Positions 59,302-64,000 of a DNA stretch of 64,000 nt are shown here, piece by piece (the stretch's first letter is position 1; the number at the start of each line of letters is the position of its first letter). The stretch is from a bacterium (GTDB lineage Bacteria > Bdellovibrionota_C > UBA2361 > CALJRW01). The notes under the pieces are model-generated. The model ran no database searches, had not been told where the DNA came from, and saw nothing but the letters and a program-made list of their open reading frames with translations. The stretch spans positions 75,941-139,940 of the forward strand of contig JANNBC010000007.1 of assembly GCA_031385045.1 (NCBI GenBank), in the 5' to 3' direction. The translations under genes were made by a program, and so were the position numbers.

Positions 59302-60960
59302 CTATATATTGAGGAAGTGCTTTAGGTTAGCAATCGTTTTTTTTGCTCTTATCTCATCTAAAGTACTTCTTTTTGAAATATCGCTAGCAATATTAAGTAA
59401 TTTAGGAGCCAACTGTTTTTGATTAACATCAGTAATATTTATCAACTTTTCAGATAAACCTTCAAGCTCTCTACAGGATAAGAGATTATCACTATCTAAG
59501 AAATACTTTTTCAGTTCTAGTTCCGAATATTCGTTAATATATATAAAATCATCAGAATTCCATGCTGAAACCAAGCTAATTCTTCTAATGATGTCGACTA
59601 ATGCTTCTGCCCTCAAGAGGTCTTTCTTTTTATTTTCTATGATTGATTTTTGATTCAGATCTGTAGGCAATCTTGATAACTTATTAATTTGCGAGATCTC
59701 ACCTGACTCTAAGATATGATCTATAATCTTTTGAATCCAGATTGTTTGATCTAAATTTGAATCAAATTTTTCCATAAAAATTATTTGATCTACATATTCA
59801 TCAACTCCAATATCCTTGGCATGTTTATCAAGAAAATCTTTCATTAATGCAATAATTTCAGACTGCTCCATAGCATATGAATCATATATCTTTTTTTTAA
59901 TATCATAAAAATCATTTCTTAGTCTTTGACTTGTAACATCCTTAGACCATTCCTCTGTTTTATATCTCACCTTATCCATATCGACGTAGCCTGCTTGTAG
60001 ATACTCGATAAAAATTGGGTCAAGCATATGACCTATAAACTTAGCCTTAGAAAGCAACTCACGGATACTAACTTTCTTACTATCTCCCTTGTTATTCTCT
60101 TTTCCATCCATTTCTTGATCGATAAGATCCACTAGCCAATGTACATCTGATAGACACTTCAGATCAATTACGTCTCCATAATGATATCTAAAAATACATA
60201 ATATAGTTATTTGCTTGATTAAAGATTGTTTTTCATTAATGGAAAATTCTTTGAAATAAGGATGAAACCATTGCCACATCTCATGAATACGTCGAAGCGT
60301 TCTGATATTATTTACGTTGAATGACAATAAAATATCTTGGATTATGGTAGCTAACTGTTGATCGATCTTTTGGTCAAAAATTATTTCAAAGTTATCTTTA
60401 AGAGAAGGTGAATATTCCAATTCAATATCGACAACTTTGTCCCTATATTTTTTTAATATTGCAATTGCTGCATCTGTTAACTCTGACTCATTTAATATTA
60501 AGATTACTTGGCAATTATACTGTTCGACTAATCTATCAACTAAACCAAAAATTGAGTCAAATGTAAGTTGCGGATTAATTCTTTCCAGATCATCGATGCA
60601 AATTACTGAATCTTTTAAAATTTTCTTCTCTGCAATACTTGTCGCTATCGAAGGGACATTGATTGAGAATTGACCTTTTACAAAACCACTCAAAACTTTT
60701 CCCAACTCGAAACAACCTGCCTTAAAATTTCCGCTCGATGCTATAAGCTGAGCCTTAACCTCGTCGATAGTAGAAAATCCAAATACTGATGCGTAACAAA
60801 AAGTACGATTATCAATGTTATTCGCTTTTTTATAATCTTCAATAACTGCTTTATAAAAATATGTCTTACCTGCCCCCCAACTTCCTTTCAGTATAAATGT
60901 TCTTTGAGATTTTTTTTGCAAAAACTCTATTAAGACCTTCTCAAATACTCTTTTATCCAT
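59302..60960 (-). CDS. KAP-family P-loop NTPase
   Basis: ILKGSWGAGKT Walker A, ICIDDLER Walker B, K.RDKVVD, NNIR..RR. Start is ATG 60960 or 60984. Confidence 0.85.
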   Translation of the reverse strand: MDKRVFEKVLIEFLQKKSQRTFILKGSWGAGKTYFYKAVIEDYKKANNIDNRTFCYASVFGFSTIDEVKAQLIASSGNFKAGCFELGKVLSGFVKGQFSINVPSIATSIAEKKILKDSVICIDDLERINPQLTFDSIFGLVDRLVEQYNCQVILILNESELTDAAIAILKKYRDKVVDIELEYSPSLKDNFEIIFDQKIDQQLATIIQDILLSFNVNNIRTLRRIHEMWQWFHPYFKEFSINEKQSLIKQITILCIFRYHYGDVIDLKCLSDVHWLVDLIDQEMDGKENNKGDSKKVSIRELLSKAKFIGHMLDPIFIEYLQAGYVDMDKVRYKTEEWSKDVTSQRLRNDFYDIKKKIYDSYAMEQSEIIALMKDFLDKHAKDIGVDEYVDQIIFMEKFDSNLDQTIWIQKIIDHILESGEISQINKLSRLPTDLNQKSIIENKKKDLLRAEALVDIIRRISLVSAWNSDDFIYINEYSELELKKYFLDSDNLLSCRELEGLSEKLINITDVNQKQLAPKLLNIASDISKRSTLDEIRAKKTIANLKHFLNI

Positions 60961-60989
60961 TTGTATTATCAATAAACGATGCAACTCAC

Positions 60990-61349
60990 CTATTTTTCTA
61001 TTAATTTTTTCCCAGAAGGAAGCAATATAGGTATTGAAAATTTAATGCGAGATGATGAAACCTGCTCTTCGCCTGAAGTTCCTTTAGTACCTAGATGAAC
61101 CCCACCGAGGAAAACTCCGATCCCACCAGCAGTACCTTCTTTTTCAGAACTTGTTAAAGCAACATCAAATTCTACTATTTCCACGATTCCATCTTTAAAA
61201 CTCCAACGACGACCGCCTAGTTGATCTTGTGCAAAATATCCCCCTATTGGATTAACGCTACCGCCTAAAGTAGATATTTCCTTTTCTGCCTCAACTACAC
61301 CTGAAGCAATTTGCGATAATGTATTTTTGATAAAGTCTTTTAGTTCCAT
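60990..61349 (-). CDS. Trypco2-like small protein
   Basis: MELKDFIKNTL.QI..GV, VEFDVALT, Gly-rich hairpin, SRIKFSIP. Confidence 0.6.
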   Translation of the reverse strand: MELKDFIKNTLSQIASGVVEAEKEISTLGGSVNPIGGYFAQDQLGGRRWSFKDGIVEIVEFDVALTSSEKEGTAGGIGVFLGGVHLGTKGTSGEEQVSSSRIKFSIPILLPSGKKLIEK

Positions 61350-61502
61350 TTGAAATTTAAATATTGAGTTTCTTTAACTATAACAATAATGACAAATTTA
61401 TCTACTTTTTTCCTCTAGTGATCAACCAAAATAAGACTGTTGTTATTAATTATGATATACAATCTATCTTACAATGAATTTAAAAGCTTAACGAATCCAA
61501 AT

Positions 61503-62267
61503 ATGAACGGCGAAGATAACATCTCAACTTTGGTTGATAGACTAACAAGAAAAGGAACTTTAGCAATAACTTCTCCTGAAACTATGCAAAGGCTACTTGT
61601 AGAACAGAAGGAAAATATTACTCAATCACATGCGTTACCAACTGAGGAAGCTTTAACAAACTTATTTGAATATGCTAGAAAAAATGCATCAAAAATTGCG
61701 GATCAACTAATCCCTTGTCCCCTTGCAGAAGGTACATTTTTATATCTTTATGACCAAATCAAAGCCTGTGCACTGTTTGGACTATTTGGCTCTGCTATCA
61801 CAAACTGTGGCATGCTAGTAGAATTTGCATTGAAATTAAGTATTCATTATGTAGAGACTAACGGCGATTCCCAGAATGGAATCAACTGGGTAGAATTTGA
61901 AGAGATAACGCTTGGCATGGCTATTAAAAGAGCTATAAAATGTGGATTACTTGATGCTACTGATCAAGATAAATATATAGGATTTAAAAATGATATCAGA
62001 AATCCTTACAGTCATTTTAATATACATAAACAAACGGAAGGTGTAGTTTTTCCTAATGTTAAAGTATTTAACATCGATACTGGGGAAACTGAAGAAAAGG
62101 ATGTTGAGGCTAACTCAAACTTAATGCTCCAAGTTCTTGCAAAACAAGAGATTGATAAACAAACATTTCATAGAATTTTTGAAATATCAGATGCATTATG
62201 TCAACATATCGTCAGTAAATCCTTTCATATTATTAACGAATCCAAGATTAGTCCTAAGGCAATATAG
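61503..62267 (+). CDS. HEPN-like domain protein
   Basis: Helical SAI..CG.LVE.AL segment and RNPYSH (Rx4H). Start probably ATG 61503. Confidence 0.55.
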   Translation: MNGEDNISTLVDRLTRKGTLAITSPETMQRLLVEQKENITQSHALPTEEALTNLFEYARKNASKIADQLIPCPLAEGTFLYLYDQIKACALFGLFGSAITNCGMLVEFALKLSIHYVETNGDSQNGINWVEFEEITLGMAIKRAIKCGLLDATDQDKYIGFKNDIRNPYSHFNIHKQTEGVVFPNVKVFNIDTGETEEKDVEANSNLMLQVLAKQEIDKQTFHRIFEISDALCQHIVSKSFHIINESKISPKAI

Positions 62268-62341
62268 ATTTGATTTGCAAATGACAAGTTATCGGGGTTC
62301 TTAGAACTGAGAGAAGCAATAAACAAAATTATTACATTGAT

Positions 62342-63160
62342 ATGATTCTTTACAAGTATTACGATCCAGTAGGAGCAGTCAAAACGCTACATACGCTACG
62401 TTGGAAAATAAGTTATGCATCTGAAGTTAATGATCCATTTGAATTTTGTCCTGCACTTGAAAATTCTGATTTCGATCATCAAGAAATATCAAACAAGTTA
62501 ATTGCAGTTAAAAACAATCAAATAGGAAAGCAATATGCCTTCTATTCTCTATCAGCAGTTCACCCCATTAAAAATATTAATTCGTTATTGATGTGGAGTC
62601 ATTATGGAAGAAGTCACCAAGGTTTTGTATTTGAATTTGATTTTAACAATACTTTCGTAGAAGAATTAGAAATCTCCCCCAGACAGCATACAATAGTTAA
62701 TAAACACAATATCCTTCTACCTAGGGTAGGTATTCCAATGCAGGTAGAATATTCTAATAAAAGATCGATCCTAGATAACTCTGAGAACGCATTTGAAGAG
62801 CTTTTTTTGAGAAAAGCTCCTTGTTGGCAATATGAACTAGAATACAGAATATTATATAATATTAACAAAGACCTACACTTGGAATATGGCGAAATGATGA
62901 CTCATTCTGTCTTTGCAAATTTTAAAAAAAATCTTGAGGTATTATCTCCAACAAAATATTCGCCTCAGGATCAATTTTCAACTGTAGGTTTCCCCCTCAG
63001 TAGTTTAAAAAAAATTTATTGTGGGACAAACTGCTTACCTGAACATGTGCAAGATATACGTGATATGCTTGCAAAGCATAAATTGGATAATGTATCGGTA
63101 ACAACACTTAGAATTCACACAAATAAATTTGAAGTGGTTGAAGAGGATACGCTTGTGTGA
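62342..63160 (+). CDS. DUF2971 domain protein
   Basis: LYKY, NDPFE, LMWSHYG.SHQG..FEF, K...W.YELEYR, IYCG. Confidence 0.85.
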   Translation: MILYKYYDPVGAVKTLHTLRWKISYASEVNDPFEFCPALENSDFDHQEISNKLIAVKNNQIGKQYAFYSLSAVHPIKNINSLLMWSHYGRSHQGFVFEFDFNNTFVEELEISPRQHTIVNKHNILLPRVGIPMQVEYSNKRSILDNSENAFEELFLRKAPCWQYELEYRILYNINKDLHLEYGEMMTHSVFANFKKNLEVLSPTKYSPQDQFSTVGFPLSSLKKIYCGTNCLPEHVQDIRDMLAKHKLDNVSVTTLRIHTNKFEVVEEDTLV

Positions 63161-63217
63161 CTTTCCAATTATCTTGAGAAGGTTGTTTAGTTTTATATGA
63201 AACTTCAAGAATAAATA

Positions 63218-63583
63218 ATGAATTATGTAGATTTTATTGCCGACAACGCAAGATCTTTAGACGAATTAGAGAAATCACTCTTATGGCTTATGTCAAATAA
63301 CTGTGAGATCATAGAATCACCTAAAGGAGTCTATCATGTCTATGAGAAGCGTGCCGTCTTCGCTCGAATCAATGGCATAAAAATTGTACTTTATCCTCGA
63401 GATCACTCTCTGCCACATTTTCATGTTTCTGTAGCAGAATTTAATGCAACATTTTCCATCGAAGATTGTTCCTATCTTGCAGGAAAACTTAAGAACAGTG
63501 ATTTTATAAAAGTTAAATATTGGCATAGTCGATCAAAAGACAAACTAATTGAATTTTGGAAAAATTCACGACCTACTACATAA
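63218..63583 (+). CDS. DUF4160 domain protein (HicA-like fold toxin family)
   Basis: GIKIVLYPRDHSLPHFHV, G.L, W....K.KL.EFW. Confidence 0.8.
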   Translation: MNYVDFIADNARSLDELEKSLLWLMSNNCEIIESPKGVYHVYEKRAVFARINGIKIVLYPRDHSLPHFHVSVAEFNATFSIEDCSYLAGKLKNSDFIKVKYWHSRSKDKLIEFWKNSRPTT

Positions 63584-63600
63584 AAGCAACTTAACTCCAG

Positions 63601-64000
63601 ATGAACAATCACAATTTTAGAAAGCTACCTATAATTAAAGTTGCAGAATTTATAAACAACATATTATTAGAGCATAAAATTTCAGAGGAACTGATCGGTG
63701 GTGATATCACCATGACAAAAAATACTATCTCAAGCTCATCTGTCACTGATTGCAAACTTAATAAGCTAATTATTGATCATGCCTTTCCAAATATTCCATA
63801 CCCCAACGAAAGCACGTTTTACCATTTTACCTCTAAAGAAGCGGCAAAAGAGATAATGAAAAATGAAGTACTGAGATTGACGTCAATTAAAAAAGACCTT
63901 TCAGAAGGAGAAGTAAAAAAATTTTGCATAGATCACAATCTACAAGGATATCTAGCAAATGATAATTACAAAACAATTCAAGGTAACAACTTATACTATG
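63601..64000 (+). CDS. Partial ORF running off the window, DUF2971-like N-terminus
   Basis: Open from ATG 63601 to the end; FYHFTS...I.....LRLT motif. Confidence 0.55.
   Translation, partial: MNNHNFRKLPIIKVAEFINNILLEHKISEELIGGDITMTKNTISSSSVTDCKLNKLIIDHAFPNIPYPNESTFYHFTSKEAAKEIMKNEVLRLTSIKKDLSEGEVKKFCIDHNLQGYLANDNYKTIQGNNLYY

Overview
This is an AT-rich Gram-negative bacterial chromosome window; the lineage cannot be fixed from the sequence alone. Positions 1-53,000 are mostly core or lineage-specific genes: heme O/A synthesis and SCO, a type IV pilin flanked by three GT-C-like membrane glycosyltransferases, a type III PKS trio, a general-stress cluster (CsbD, DUF883, ClsB), pyrD/F/E, lysine catabolism (lat-pcd-gcdH), TonB, TPM-LemA, bioB, a DEAD-box helicase, an M3 peptidase, a CDF transporter, clpS-clpA-aat and mscS. 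tRNA-Ala(GGC) at 53128-53203 marks the left edge of an integrated element that runs off the window. The element carries a large serine integrase whose last 21 codons are the tRNA antisense strand, regulators, and defence-like cargo (PIN-like, KAP NTPase, Trypco2-like, HEPN-like, DUF2971, DUF4160). The most notable observations are: (1) a Cas4-like nuclease split into two adjacent membrane-anchored genes, with the four putative Fe-S cysteines divided 1+3 between them and no CRISPR context; (2) the integrase-tRNA overlap plus an unannotated 50-aa ORF coupled to the integrase; (3) a composite multi-hairpin repeat family, with a 210-bp tandem pair at 32.4 kb and a diverged inverted copy at 4.8 kb; (4) a candidate sigma28-driven sRNA of about 70 nt with an anti-SD-like seed; (5) a TonB gene whose 5' end is frameshifted at a T8 tract. 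All family assignments come from motif recognition, not database searches.
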